Shown here in pieces: positions 24,901-36,400 of a DNA stretch of 64,000 nucleotides (position 1 is its first letter; the number at the start of each line of letters is the position of its first letter). The translations under genes and the position numbers were made by a program. Origin of the DNA: Haliotis cracherodii (lineage: Eukaryota); the NCBI RefSeq assembly GCF_022045235.1, contig NW_027266308.1, forward strand, positions 28,954,001 through 29,018,000. Reading direction: 5' to 3'. The notes beneath the pieces are model-generated. The model worked only from the letters and a program-made list of their open reading frames with translations. It was not told where the DNA came from and ran no database searches.

Positions 24901-27784
24901 CATACAAACAATAAACTATAGCACTGCCTAGTGCCTGAAAGACAAGAACTTGTGAATAGGTGAAAACACCATAACAGGTGATGTGACCCCTTTACACTAG
25001 TCAGACATAACATCATGAAATCGGGTATAACTCGTATATATTCAAGTAGGACAACATTACACGAAGGACCATGTAGCTTTGACCAGGGATCTATTCAGCT
25101 GCGACTTATAACCAATCCGGAAGTGGTATCCAGTCTCTCAGTTCTCCAAGACAGACCACCCTGTTATCTACTATGGACAATAGGGTGAGCCAGTTTGGCA
25201 TCCCTTTTAATGCTTCATCAAAGCTGTCAATCACAAATGCGGAATTGAAGCATGCGAGGAAAAGAGGAATGATCAACAACATCCATAAGAGGATCTTCAA
25301 ACCAATACTAAGACATCACATGCACAAGGCAGAGGTGAGCAGGTAAGGGTTTAGGACACTGCCGAAATTGCTGATGACTGGAGTTTCTGCAGATGAGTTG
25401 CTTCTCCCTCCAAAGGGAACTCATTCTGGGAATCCGAGTTGTAATAATGACAAACAAAGAATGACGTTCCAGTGTTTATACAGTATATACACAATATGGC
25501 GTACTGTGCTGCTGTAGAGGGTACACAGCATTGTTACCAGTGCTGATGAGCTGCCATCAGGACAAAAGGACCAAACTGTTGATGGCCATGTGCATCGGTG
25601 ACTGAGACGTAGATAGTGGGAAGTGAAGACTGTGTCAGACTTCCAGAAGCAACCTTCCATAATAGTGGATAACATGCATTTGCTGTGCAAGGCCATCATG
25701 GAGGCGACAGTTCCTGTCTCGTGTGGATTGGATGTCATAGGAAGAGGCAATACAGCAAAGGTATAGTCATGAAGTAACACCGAACAGAGACAGAAGGAGA
25801 CCGTGGTATGGGTGAATTCCGTGGTGATCACCGTGGATAGAGGGATGAAGAGTCTCTTCTGGGAGCGTTGTAGTGTCTCAGAAGCCTTGAGGTAAATGTG
25901 GAGAGCTCTCACCAGACATAAGGAGATATCTTCATGGCCTCCTGGGTTTAAGATGGATTCCAAAGAGGGGATGGTGAACAGCCAATCTGGTTGGCCTAGA
26001 AGTTGATTCTTTGCAATGAAATCCCAGGTAGACCTTCCCATGGCGCAGCCTCTCAAAATGGAGTCTGGTTACATCGAGAGCATGTTTTTGCTAACTCAAG
26101 CAGCTGTTGCTATGCCCAGAAGAAACACCATCTTCACAGTAACATACTCAATGCTATTCACTTGCAAGGGTTCATAGTCCTCTGAAACCAGATATCGTAG
26201 GATGACACTGAGGTCCCAAGTTGGAGGACAAAACCGAGACGATTGGTCAGCACACCTGTAGGATCGAATGAGAGCTTGTTGTTCTGCAATCATGGAGATC
26301 TTCCAGCGGGTAGTAGTGGCAATTACCAAGTTGGTATCAGCAAGATATGTAGCCAGAGAGGAACCTTTAAGCTTCTGTGTAGACCTCAAGTGCTGTAAAT
26401 ACCTGGCAACTTGTTGGGGAGAAGTAGTGATCGGGGAAGTGATATCATGTACATGACAGTAACCTTCAAAGGCCTTCCTCTTCTGTTTGGACAAGGCCGA
26501 GATGGAGGGTGTCCAGTGATGGGTGCAGCAGATGGGAGTGAGGCTGGAGGAGAAGATCGGCTCACAGTGGAAGAGGATGGTATCTTTCTACTGTGATGTT
26601 TACAAGTAGTGTGAACCAACTTTGAGCTGGCCAATATGGTACTACCAAAAGTAGTTGCAGGGGGTTGGTTGTTGCTGCCTTTTGAAGTACGCGAGGTAGA
26701 AGGATTGTCGGGGGAAAGGCATAGGTTTGAGATTCTCCCACGAGCTGACCAGTGCTTTGTGGTCCTTGGCCTGTTAATCCGGGATGGATGAGACGAGCCT
26801 AGGGAGCTGAGCATTAAACCATGTTTCCGAAGAGATAAATATGTATGTGCAGCCAGTTCCCTGTAGAATGTGTGACATAACCGGTGCATTAGCAAGTTGA
26901 TTGTCGTGAATTTTAATGCATGTAAATAAGTAGGTTACAGTGCGTGACCCATTTGTTTGGGTGGTGACCATGTTCATGCTGGGATGTGTTCGGGTAAAGC
27001 TGGAATCTTTGTTTTAGCATGTTTCCACACAAGCATCGAAAGACAAGAAAGTAACACATTGTGTGAGATAGGATAAGTTTAAAAATTATCCCATCTTCGA
27101 CCATCAACATGAACTGGGAAGTAATAGGCTGTATTTTATTCAGCTGCTACCATTTTTCAAGAGCATGCCACAAATGAACTACAAACTGAGTTACTTCCCA
27201 CACCAAACATCATGTATAGCATTCAAAACTAGTAGGAGCCCTTCCTACCATTTACCTGTTGACTATTTACAACTTACAACTTTACTGTTTTGCTTAAGCT
27301 CATAATCAGAGTATTTTTTCCTTTAATGTTATTTCTTCTCTTGCTGCCGATTATTAAAAAGTTCTGAACTTTATTTTTATTTTTTTCTACTTTCATATTA
27401 TTTTACGTCAACAGATCTGTAAACAAAGAAATAAAAACATTCTCTACTCATAGCCCCGATCAGCAAGGCAATCTTAGCTGCATGTAATTTTCCCAATTTG
27501 ATTAACCTATCTCAACATTGAAAACATGTTAAACTCCTTATTATTTACCTGTTTGCAATGCCACAGAGTGAGATTCTTTGCTGCCAGGGCCTCCATGCTT
27601 CAAACCACTCACACACTGTCTTGTATATCTGCTGGTTGTTAAGTGAGGTGAAGTCACTGTATCTCCCCCCAGTGTTTAGTGGAGGAAGATGTGTCACCCC
27701 TTCAAAGTTTCCATATCGCAGTCCACTGGCAGGGCGGATGGAATTGTTCCTTGTCAGCTCGATTGGAGCAATGGTGGAAGGCAT
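1207..27784 (-). CDS. F-box and WD40-repeat protein (FBXW family; FBXW10/CDRT1-like overall layout), 16 coding exons in the window, 3' end beyond the left edge
   Basis: Phase-consistent exons: 27784-27549, 23793-22880, 21441-21242, 20038-19932, 19067-18971, 18608-18542, 10985-10833, 10075-10046, 9356-9318, 9088-8918, 8175-8067, 6116-5999, 5300-5172, 3965-3837, 3170-3102, 1295-1207 (2657 nt, no in-frame stop). F-box [44 protein letters not shown]40 repeats [55 protein letters not shown] and [11 protein letters not shown]. Orthology not determined. Confidence 0.88.
1287..1580. repeat. 44-bp minisatellite (about 7 units, 2 more at 2333-2410) overlapping the exon-16 splice acceptor
   Basis: Unit GTCCCACACCTGTTGTCAGGAAAATAGTATCATACAGAAGTAAT. 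Confidence 0.9.
4290..4638 (-). mobile_element. SINE family D (tRNA-like head plus CATACCAAAAGAC..AAAGATGGTACTTGTT body); other copies 22385-22741(-), 38409-38815, 42525-42810
   Basis: A-box TGGTCTAGTGG, degenerate B-box, shared body across four loci. The body resembles mollusc Meta/RUDI-type SINEs from memory; unverified. Confidence 0.75.
5172..6116 (-). CDS. F-box/WD gene, exons 12-13 (6116-5999, 5300-5172)
   Basis: Open frames ending ...SVKKVRKLQ, which join directly to the GH of the first WD40 repeat. Confidence 0.8.
8067..10075 (-). CDS. F-box/WD gene, exons 8-11 (10075-10046, 9356-9318, 9088-8918, 8175-8067)
   Basis: Short exons with canonical donors that keep frame; the acceptor at 9088 is a weak AAG. 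Confidence 0.65.
8401..8795 (+). mobile_element. hAT-like MITE family (AGGGCTGGGACGGGTAAC... ends); other copies or fragments at about 31079-31320, 37147-37250, 42706-42745, 45285-45701(-), 56808-56832(-)
   Basis: Recurring GGGTACCC/ACTCGGGT-rich subterminal motifs and shared internal sequence. Confidence 0.65.
10833..10985 (-). CDS. F-box/WD gene, exon 7
   Basis: ...[13 protein letters not shown]..., the typical post-F-box WK.xY motif; tttAG / GTAAGT. An alternative donor near 10787 is possible. Confidence 0.8.
11140..11725. repeat. 72-76-bp minisatellite, about 8 units
   Basis: Unit CTGACACAGCGTAAAGCAATATCTACTAACTCACAGCAAGTACAGTCCATATCAGAAATAACTGCAAAAATG. Confidence 0.92.
11897..13378. 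repeat. 37-bp minisatellite, about 40 units
   Basis: Unit GCACAATGATGCTACCTTCAGGCAATGTAGGTCCTGG, head-to-tail with no spacers. Confidence 0.97.
15830..18205 (-). mobile_element. Decayed DIRS1-type retrotransposon (RT, RNase H region, adenine-methyltransferase and tyrosine-recombinase remnants)
   Basis: Frameshifted fragments: [20 protein letters not shown](P)[14 protein letters not shown] and WQINLEK; [36 protein letters not shown]; [17 protein letters not shown] and FIAKNQLPG. No ITRs seen. Confidence 0.9.
18542..18608 (-). CDS. F-box/WD gene, exon 6 (F-box second half)
   Basis: [22 protein letters not shown]; gtcAG / GTGAGT. Confidence 0.9.
18971..19067 (-). CDS. F-box/WD gene, exon 5 (F-box first half)
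   Basis: [32 protein letters not shown]; cccAG / GTAAAC. Confidence 0.9.
19932..20038 (-). CDS. F-box/WD gene, exon 4 (pre-F-box dimerisation-like helix)
   Basis: [35 protein letters not shown]; cctAG / GTAAGA. Confidence 0.85.
21242..21441 (-). CDS. F-box/WD gene, exon 3
   Basis: ctccAG acceptor, GTAAGT donor, open frame GPMQCEIRQ...LAQIWE. Confidence 0.85.
22439..22605 (+). mobile_element. SINE family A (tRNA-Asp-like head, (CTCA)n tail); other copies 4906-5070(-), 13841-13933(-), 21680-21806(-), 39308-39462, 41734-41885(-), 43085-43243, 46021-46085
   Basis: A-box TAGCCTAGTGG, B-box GGTTCGATTCC; 14-bp TSD TTATRCCGAGCGCC (22425-22438, 22606-22619). Confidence 0.9.
22880..23793 (-). CDS. 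F-box/WD gene, exon 2 (914 nt, low-complexity acidic/basic linker)
   Basis: Core of ORF 22749..23879; acceptor tgtgcAG, donor GTATGT; phases 2/1 match neighbours. Confidence 0.85.
23925..24188 (-). mobile_element. SINE-like family C (non-tRNA structured head, (CAAA/CAAC)n tail); other copies 5332-5561, 6400-6640, 10207-10479(-), 15650-15823(-), 36505-36620, 38553-38691, 40193-40458, 43605-43796, 48511-49001, 55991-56413
   Basis: 12-bp TSD GCCATTTTTAAG (23913-23924, 24189-24200); about 11 dispersed copies; shares its 3' tail with families A and B. Confidence 0.9.
24412..27085 (-). mobile_element. Internally deleted DIRS1-type retrotransposon with ITRs, ICR and YR remnant
   Basis: ITRs at about 26930-27085 and 24412-24670; ICR at about 24726-24812. 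YR fragments 26494-25421: [50 protein letters not shown]. Confidence 0.9.
27549..27784 (-). CDS. F-box/WD gene, first coding exon (MPSTIAP...[21 protein letters not shown])
   Basis: ATG at 27784, 9 nt after acceptor tccccAG; donor GTAAAT at 27548; phase 2 joins exon at 23793. Confidence 0.8.
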
Positions 27785-29093
27785 TTTTAATTTCTGGGGA
27801 AAAAATATGATATATTTAAGCCATGTTTAAGATTAAAACACATTACACACAATGGTGCTAAGTTACTTACACCCATCTTATATATTTAAGAAAATAATTG
27901 CATCTCTTGAATGTTGACTTCAAATCGTAAGACATCAAGGCAGTGACACACAACTTTCCAACAAAACCATTCACAAAGGCGTTTACAATCCTGTCATCAT
28001 TGTGTTGTTTACTCTGTCATGTAATATTTCATGACTATTAGATAAGATGATCAAGATATACTTTCTTTCAAATATCATGACAACAATTTAAGTCAGATGA
28101 GATTTCCCAAGAATGCTACTATAGTAGACCTGTACTTGAGTTTGTTATCAATTTCACTATTTCATGACAAAAGAGATTATCTTGGATGTATCACATTTCT
28201 TTTCAACCGTAACTTGAGTTCGTAGGTTTGTACTTGTAATGATATCTCCTGTCAGTGGCATTTCGAAGTTGGTATGATGAACGAGGGAGATAGTTCCATG
28301 GACATAAATTTTCTTTATTACAATGAATGTGACGTTTCGATGTACAAATGATGTAGATACAAGCAAGTGATGTACAGAAATGTGAAGTTGGAAGGTTAAA
28401 TACATAAGGATAAAGAAGTTGTATATCCATAGAACAATCTCCCTTGTTCATGTAATGATAATGTTGACATATAACAATATACAGTCTATATATAATGATA
28501 TGTTTTTTTAACACATAATTCTCATATTGCAAGTGCACACTGTTCAGGTGAAGTATTTTATATGTCTCTTCTTGTCAAATATTTGTCATTATGATAACAT
28601 TAAATGTGAACGTAGGACTACGATGTGTTAAAAAGGCAGATTTTAGAGGGTTTTTTCAGTGAGTGTTTTTTTCCTTGGGTATAAATATTTGAACATGAGC
28701 AAGTCTTTGACCAAATTGAGAGCCTTTTACGGGAGATGTTGATAGAGAAAGTACAAAAATCATCTTGAGTCATGGAATTGTTCATTGTTAGATTCCCTCT
28801 GTAATTTTAAGAATTAGGACCTTTTCACTCATTTTTGGCCATATACGTCTCCTGTAACCTGATAATGTCAGAAGTGAAAAATTTGTGAATGTAAGAAAGA
28901 AAAATTATCCATTAAAAAATGTCTAATAATGTTCATGCTAATAATTATTTTCATATTTTACAGTTCCAGTGGGCCCAAAGCGATTCTTATCCTGCATTGT
29001 CCTTTCGACTATTTTGTCAGACCTCATAACTATCATGCACTAGCTAGCTAGAGATCAACGGTTGATTGGATCTGCAGTAAAGGGAGTCGAGAC

Positions 29094-29221
29094 TACAGGT
29101 ACTCGATAGGCTATTTCTCTATGTAAAAATATACGCCCCCTATACTACTACATATAAGACTTTTATTTTATGTAGTATAGGGGGCGTATATATTTACATA
29201 GCGCAATATCGAGTTCCTGTG
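29094..29221. mobile_element. 128-bp fold-back MITE with 8-bp TSD GTCGAGAC
   Basis: Arms 29119-29148 / 29172-29201 and 29095-29108 / 29207-29220; direct repeat at 29086-29093 and 29222-29229. Confidence 0.75.
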
Positions 29222-29295
29222 GTCGAGACATATTCATGATGATTATTACACACCACTATGACAACGTGATATTGTCTATGATATATGATACTTAC

Positions 29296-29770
29296 ATGTC
29301 AACTTACGTGACAACTGACATATCGGCTTACAACACCACATCACAACAAGTTTTCGTATTCGTGTCTCTTAAAATCTTTCAAAATTATTAGTTTTTACAC
29401 CGGCAATAACTAAATATACACATGTTTTACATTATGGAATATCTATATCAGACTGTCGCTGTGACATCTGTCCTACATTCGCTTTTTAAAAATATATTCG
29501 GTTGAAATCAAGTTTGTTTACATCGTTCAGACTCCATTTTGGAAGTTTCCAAGAGAAGTGCATTATGGGTATAGATAAAAAAAAGTGTTTTATAAATCTA
29601 TAGCCTTAAATATTTTTTTGTATCTTGCTTCACACAACTATCTAAGCACCACAATAGTAAATTACTTAATTGAAAAAACGAGGAAAACATTCTAAACCAA
29701 TCAACTTTATTGAGCGGGAGAATCGAATTCGGACTGCTTCCGGTTACAGCCGAGTCTAGACAAGTAAATA
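29296..29770. promoter_or_regulatory. Putative bidirectional promoter and non-coding first exons between the F-box/WD gene (-) and CDKN3 (+)
   Basis: Both start codons lie just downstream of splice acceptors, so each gene needs an upstream exon. Minus-strand GTAAGT donors at 29295 and 29307; plus-strand donor GTAAAT at 29764. Locally CpG-richer, with an ETS-like CTTCCGG at 29737. Confidence 0.45.
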
Positions 29771-30460
29771 ATTTGTGTTTATTTTCCTTTTCGGTGCCAT
29801 TAGTACCGATTTGCAACGATTTGCGGATAATAGTTACTTCCAATAATAGAATGAATTGTGCATTAACCTAATTGTTTCTGTCATTGTTCTGTATGGTCAT
29901 AATCATTCAATCAAGGGCACCTGTTTCTGTCATTGTTCGGATTTCGATCATGTATTGAGTTTGTTTTGTCATTTTCATGATCTCACTAATCAGTTGCGGA
30001 CGAAGAGAGATGTACATATCATTATTTTTGGTATTGACGTCAGTTGTATTATTCATTTCTTGTTGATACTTTTTGCATATTCACCTCTTGCAGTATAAAA
30101 TCAGAAATACGTTACAGGGAGTTTAGTTATATTTTTTAACTTTTATTTTTTTTCAGAGTTCTAGAGTAATACAGTATTCCGTCAAAACATATTTACTTGG
30201 GATTTAGGTGGTTGTGAATTTTATTTATAATTTAGATGAATTGTAAACTAAGCCTTTTACATGTTTATGTGACAGTTAATATTTGCCTATAAACATGATA
30301 AAATTGTTCCATAATCATGATAATATGACATTTTGTAGAACTAATTATGTTTTAAATGTATGAAAACAACATAGAAATAGAGATAAAACGTTTTTTTCAA
30401 AAGGATTCATCCAGCAAACTCACAAATGTTTGTTTTTCAGAATACCTTACGTACAGCAAC

Positions 30461-33400
30461 ATGACTGACTTTGACACTGATGAAGAGTCTGGAGAAGTTG
30501 ATCTTTCACCCTTTCAAATATCATGGTAAATGACTCATCAGCTGTTTTATAGTTAGAATAAAGGTGGCTAGTGATGTGAGCAATGGCTGAAACGACCACT
30601 GATGGTGGTTGAGAGTTTCAGAGTAAGCTTTGGGGAAGCAACAGGCTCAATTAATAGTTCTGAGTATTTGTATGTCTATCACCGCCGTCATATAGCTGGA
30701 ATATTGCCGAGTGTGGCATTAAACAACAAACAAATTGTATGTCTATATGTGTTTTCTTATTCCTTTATGGTCATATTGTGGAATGGGAAATGGAGTGCTC
30801 CTCCCTTGCCAGTTTTGAGAACACCTTTGGACTGTTGTTGCCCTGTATTGACTAGTTTTGTTCCAATATATGAGCCATCAACAATAAAACAGTGATTTCC
30901 CCGCACATGAACTTTTCTGTTACAAACATTCAGGAGTTCTTTTGGGGTTTTACACCAAGTAGGAATTTTGCGTCGTCAATCGAGTCCTCCTATACACTAC
31001 TATAAGATCCACGAACTAATCAAAACCAAGAACAAGTAATCTTTTCCAGCAATCTACGCCAATATAATGATATTAATAAGGGTTGGGATCGGTAACTCGG
31101 ATACTCCGGTCGGGTGGGTACTGAGTAGGACCCGGGTACCCACAGGACTACCCTGACCCTAGGTTAGTCACGTGACATATTTGTTTAATGACAAAAATTA
31201 TTTAACACTCTATGGTTACACTGACTTGATACATTTGAGTAAAGATAAAACTTCAGTCAACTTCAGTATATGCATGACCAGATCGTTTTATACTCGTATC
31301 TAATTTTTTTAATACGTTTTGCCAGTTATGTTCATTTTAAGAAGCATATTTTCATTTATTTATAGTTCAGTTATTATTAATATCCACACGTATCCATGGT
31401 TGCATATGTTGAAATTTCTTTTCAGGTTGGATCTGAGTTTTACAGGAGCTGATGAAAAACTAGGAATCTCAGGGCTTCCTGGTACGTGCATCAATGTCTG
31501 TTTCTTTGCAGAGGAAATATGCTGATAGAATGCATCTTTGTGTCATGTTTAGTGGTTTGCGTTGAAGTTTCTTAAAAACATGAGAAATTATCAAGAAAAC
31601 ATTTGGTCTAGTAGCTCAGCTAATAAAAGCTAACATGATTATGATTAATATATCTGGTTAAAAAGTTATCGAATGACTCCGGGCTTCTTGACTCAAATGT
31701 CAAAGACTGGTTTATTGAGCATGTTGAGACTTTGTTAGAAACCTGTGCATAATATCATTATCGAACACTTACAATATTTCATCCAGTCTGTCAATACTAA
31801 ATGGATCAGTCCGTCATGATAAATAGAAAATTCAGATTTTAAAACTTATCCTATCTCACACTAGGCATTACTTCCTTCTTCTTGCAATCCTATGTGGAAA
31901 CATGCTTGAACAAAGTTTCCAGCTTCTAAAAATAAATCACCCCAACACATCCCAGCATCACCATGGTCACCACCCAAACAAATGGGTCACCTCCACAACC
32001 TGATCACGTGATTACCCAAGGCACATCATTCTCTTTCTCATCGCCACACTGTGGAGATGTGCACTGAGAGTTCATAGAGTACATAGAGTACATTATGTTT
32101 TTTTTGTTTTTTTTGGTTGGAATTCCCTCCAACATTTTATTGACTTTATGTTAAAGTCTGTGAGAAGATGAGTCCGGAACATAAAAATCACCTGGCCTGT
32201 CATGAGTGTAGACTTACCTTCTCCACTTAATTATGCTGTGACTGTCGTGGCCATTGCAGTACTGACAAGCACTGTGTGTCCATCTCATGGAAGAATCCTT
32301 CAACATTTATCCACACAAGTGCCAGACGGGATATTAACCGGTGCTCGAAACCTAGCGACTCAGAACAAAGGCAGTCAACCATGTCGGCTATCCCCTCCTC
32401 CGTTTCAGTGGGCAAAGTACCTCCGGAATCGATGACCTCCAGTGGCTGATGATGGCGTTTCTGACAGTTACTTTACAGATGACATCCCAAATGTGCCGGT
32501 TCAACAATCCATTTCAAGAATAGTCAATGGCAGGATCGGTGCTCTGAGGATCGACGGTGTGCGCCTGCAAGACAGCATCTGGAGGAGCAGCAGAAGAAAG
32601 AGCTACGTCCACAGTTGGTTCCTGCCCAGCGTGATCTCCATGAAGCCCTGAGTGGGAAATCAAGTTCTTTTTGTGACCAGGGACGAGGCCGTCAAGGACA
32701 GTGAGGATCCTCTGACTGCATTGTGTCGTTCTCTGCATCCAAGGATGTTGGCGAGTCTGCCAAGGCAGGCTGACTACCTCCATCATTTACAATCTACCCA
32801 GAAGCTTGAAGGGTCCACTTTGGCTACCTATCTTGTCAGATCAACTCCATCATTGCTACTACTATTGCAGGATCAAAGACATATGTGGTTGCCGATTCAC
32901 AGTCCCTCATTCTGTCCGTTTCCGACTGCCAACTTGGGATCTTAATGTCATCCTCGTTATTTGAAGACATCGCCTGGCGAGTTAGCAAAATCCCTGTTCT
33001 GGATGTTAAAAGGGTCCAGTTTGAGAGGTAACAGAATGGGAATGTTTTTCTGGGTCTTCGCTGGAATTTTATCGCAAAGAATCGGCTTCCATGACAACCA
33101 GATCGGCTGTTAACCATCCCATTGCTGGAGTCCATCTTGAGCTCTATGTGAATCTACCTTGAGTCTGCGAGACCACTTCGACACTCCTGGAAGAGACTCT
33201 TCATCCCATTTTCTACGGCAGAAACAACGGAAGTCAACCATACTACAGTCTCCTTTTGGCTGTGTTTGACCATCCTACATGCCTACACCTTCGCTGAATT
33301 GCCTCCCTGTCGCCTCTTATCATGTCCTTGCAGAGCATGTGCACCCGGTCTAGACCTCTTCCGGGTCGATTATAAGTCGGTCATTCATGTAATGATGTCA

Positions 33401-36400
33401 TACATGGAAACACGTAACCCTCTTATACCTGATTTCATGCCATTACGTCCAATTAATGTATAGGGATCATATCGCATGTCATGGTGTAATTGCGGGCTCA
33501 CAAGTTCCTGTAGTTACGACACTAGGCAGTGTTATGGATTATATATTTATCTCGATGTTTAGCACCAGCTTCCTCGCGTATGTCTCATGGTTGTAGTCTA
33601 TACAGGGTATCTGTGCCCCACTATCCAACCATGGGATAAATGCATAGTGTGATATAGGATAAGTTTAAAAATGTGAAAATTTTACATTAAATTGTACGTT
33701 TATATGTCTCACACGCTATATGTCCTCCCGACCATCTCCACATCACAGCTCCTCTGGCCTGTTAGCTCTAAGAAATAGAATGATGTGGCAGGGGTAATCA
33801 CGTGATCAGGTGTCGGTCACTATGCAGGGGATTACATCGCATGACCCATTTGTTTGGATGGTGATGCTGTGATGTGTTGGCATGATTTGTTTTTAGAAGC
33901 TGGAAACTTTGTTCAAGTGTTTCCACATAGGATCGAAAGAAGAAGGAAGAAGTGCATAGTGTGACATAGGATAAGTATATAAACATGCAATTTAATTGTA
34001 AAATCTACAATTTGTATAAAAAATCATAAATTGATTTATTGTGCTTTTTATTATTTCAGGATGTCGCTTCAAGGACACATGGAGAAATCTGAACAATGAC
34101 TTGAGTGAGTTGCAGTCATCATTTCAGCGTTCAGGATCTTATTGTTTGTGTAGTTTATGTAGCAAGATATAAAATATTACTATATTAAAAAAAACTCATC
34201 AAAGATCTATTTTGCTGACAGTCAGTTTTGAAAAGTTGCTGATGGTAGGGCTGTTATTGATTTCAAGGTAAGAGGTGAATTAACTAAGACATTATTGAGT
34301 CATATTCTCCTATGTTGATATCAAGTTTATGTCCTCATTTTCAATGGGCAAAATGCGTGATCAGAATGCACACAGTTATTGTTTTCTGTTAGGCTTGTAT
34401 TTTTTATAACAGTGCATAAAAGTGTGATGCCTACTGTGTTTATGGAGCTGTAGTTAATGTTTCCAAAATGGCGATGCCCGAGAAATGGGCATGTGTTCTA
34501 TATTGTTTTCAGATATGGATGAATCAGACTTGGAATTTGATAGATATAATATTCAGTGAGTAAAAGTTACTAAAATGACAATCCAGCTGTTTATTATTTG
34601 CTGAGGACTAACATTAACAGTACTATTCTTGTGTTTATTCTTTGTTACTTGTATACTTTTGTCTAAAAATTTCTGGACTGGCAACATTTTATCTGGTCTG
34701 GTAACTTTGCAAAGGTGTCGGTCCGGTTGTTTGTCTGAAATTTTGAGGAATTTTACACTGATGTAAAGCAGCCGTATTTAGTCAAGGGTAATGGAAGATC
34801 ATATACAAGACTGTGAACTATACAGTGTATCTTATCTCCATTCTATTATGATAAATACCCTGAACCCATTTCCAAGACAACTTCGTTCAGGAAGTGATGT
34901 CATCTTCATATTTGTTATTAGTGACTTCGACTGATTTGATGTGTAATTTTATGGACAGCTTTTTTAGTGTCAGCTATTTTGAATGGGGCTGAAAACAATG
35001 CTATGGTGGTTTATTCTGTCTAAACCATCTTCCTGAGTCAAGGGCTTTAACTGACTATAAAGTCCAGTTTCCAATCTTGCCGAACTAGGCTGGAATTCCG
35101 GAGTTACGTTTTGGCTGGCCTAACAAGTCTGTGCATAGTCTAATCAAAAATTGCGTGACGAACTAGACATTAGGTTTGTAAACAATGTGGATTTCAACGT
35201 GCAGATATCAGCTAACTGCAGGATTTGCAAAGCATGTGTACCCCAAATGGGCGTCGACAGATATTTTGCAAATCTTTTCATGTTTTTAATCATGGTGCTC
35301 AAGTGATTTGATGTACTTCTCGAGGTAAGACCTGTTTTATTACAATATAGATCTTGATTATTGATGAGAATTGATGACAGGGTGCCACCATTTTGTTTAA
35401 AGCAAATGCATGTGATGCGAGAGGTGGAATCTGATTGATCTGTTGGAGGGACATAGAAGGGGCATAACTCGTCATTGCCGCTGGTGGCGCTTCGATAGGG
35501 ATTGAAAATTCCAGCCTAGTTTGGCAAGGGTGGGAACTTTGATAGTCAGTTAACGCCCTTGGGAAGATGGTCTAAACAGAATGGAGACAAAATACCCTTT
35601 ATTATCGAGAATGTGTGGTATCATGTTTTATCATCCAAAACTGGCCTCCACAGGAGATATCGCTTGGATGAGATCAAGCGATATCTACACTGTAGATATC
35701 GCTGCAATGAAATTACATCACAATGCTTTGCAGACCATTGTGACGTCACTGGTTACGATGACGTCACAATCAAATGACATCACTAATGGCTCTGCTACTG
35801 AAGCTGTTAGCAGTACTTTTTTCACTAAAGACACTGCTAATTACAGTCTACAAACTGAAAAAGTTGGAAGAATGATGTTGGAAGATAACTAAAATCTCAC
35901 CCTCGTGTCTTTTGATATCAGATATATCAACACTCATTGATAAAAGTGGCAAAAATCCTTGGCGAGCCTCGGAATGTTCCCACTCTTATAAACTCGTGTT
36001 GATATATTTGATATCAAAAGACACTCGGGTGAGATTCTCTATGTCACATCTCTACAGAATGTCTACAGAACAGTGGTGTGAAAGAGGTGTTCACGCTGTG
36101 TACTAAAGGCGAGCTGAACAAATACCGTGTTCCCAACCTCCTTCACGACTTCTCTGGGTCCGACATCACCGTCCACCACTACCCGTTCCCCGACGGACAG
36201 GTGCCCCCGAGCAGCAGCCTCCTCAAGATGGTGGAGGAACTGAGGGTCAACATCATGAACCAGAAAAAATCTCTGATTCAGTGAGAATCTTATATCCCTG
36301 TTTCTTCATGTTTAGCAGCAATGACTCTGGAAGTCTGTTTTGACCTACATGTACATATCTCAATTACCGATATTTAAGTGGTGTCTGCTAATTGTAATTA

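Noticed and set aside
30508-30545. Minus-strand CUGAUGA...GAAA as a hammerhead ribozyme
   Set aside because: Four extra bases between stem II and GAAA, no convincing stems I/III, and it overlaps a CDKN3 exon boundary
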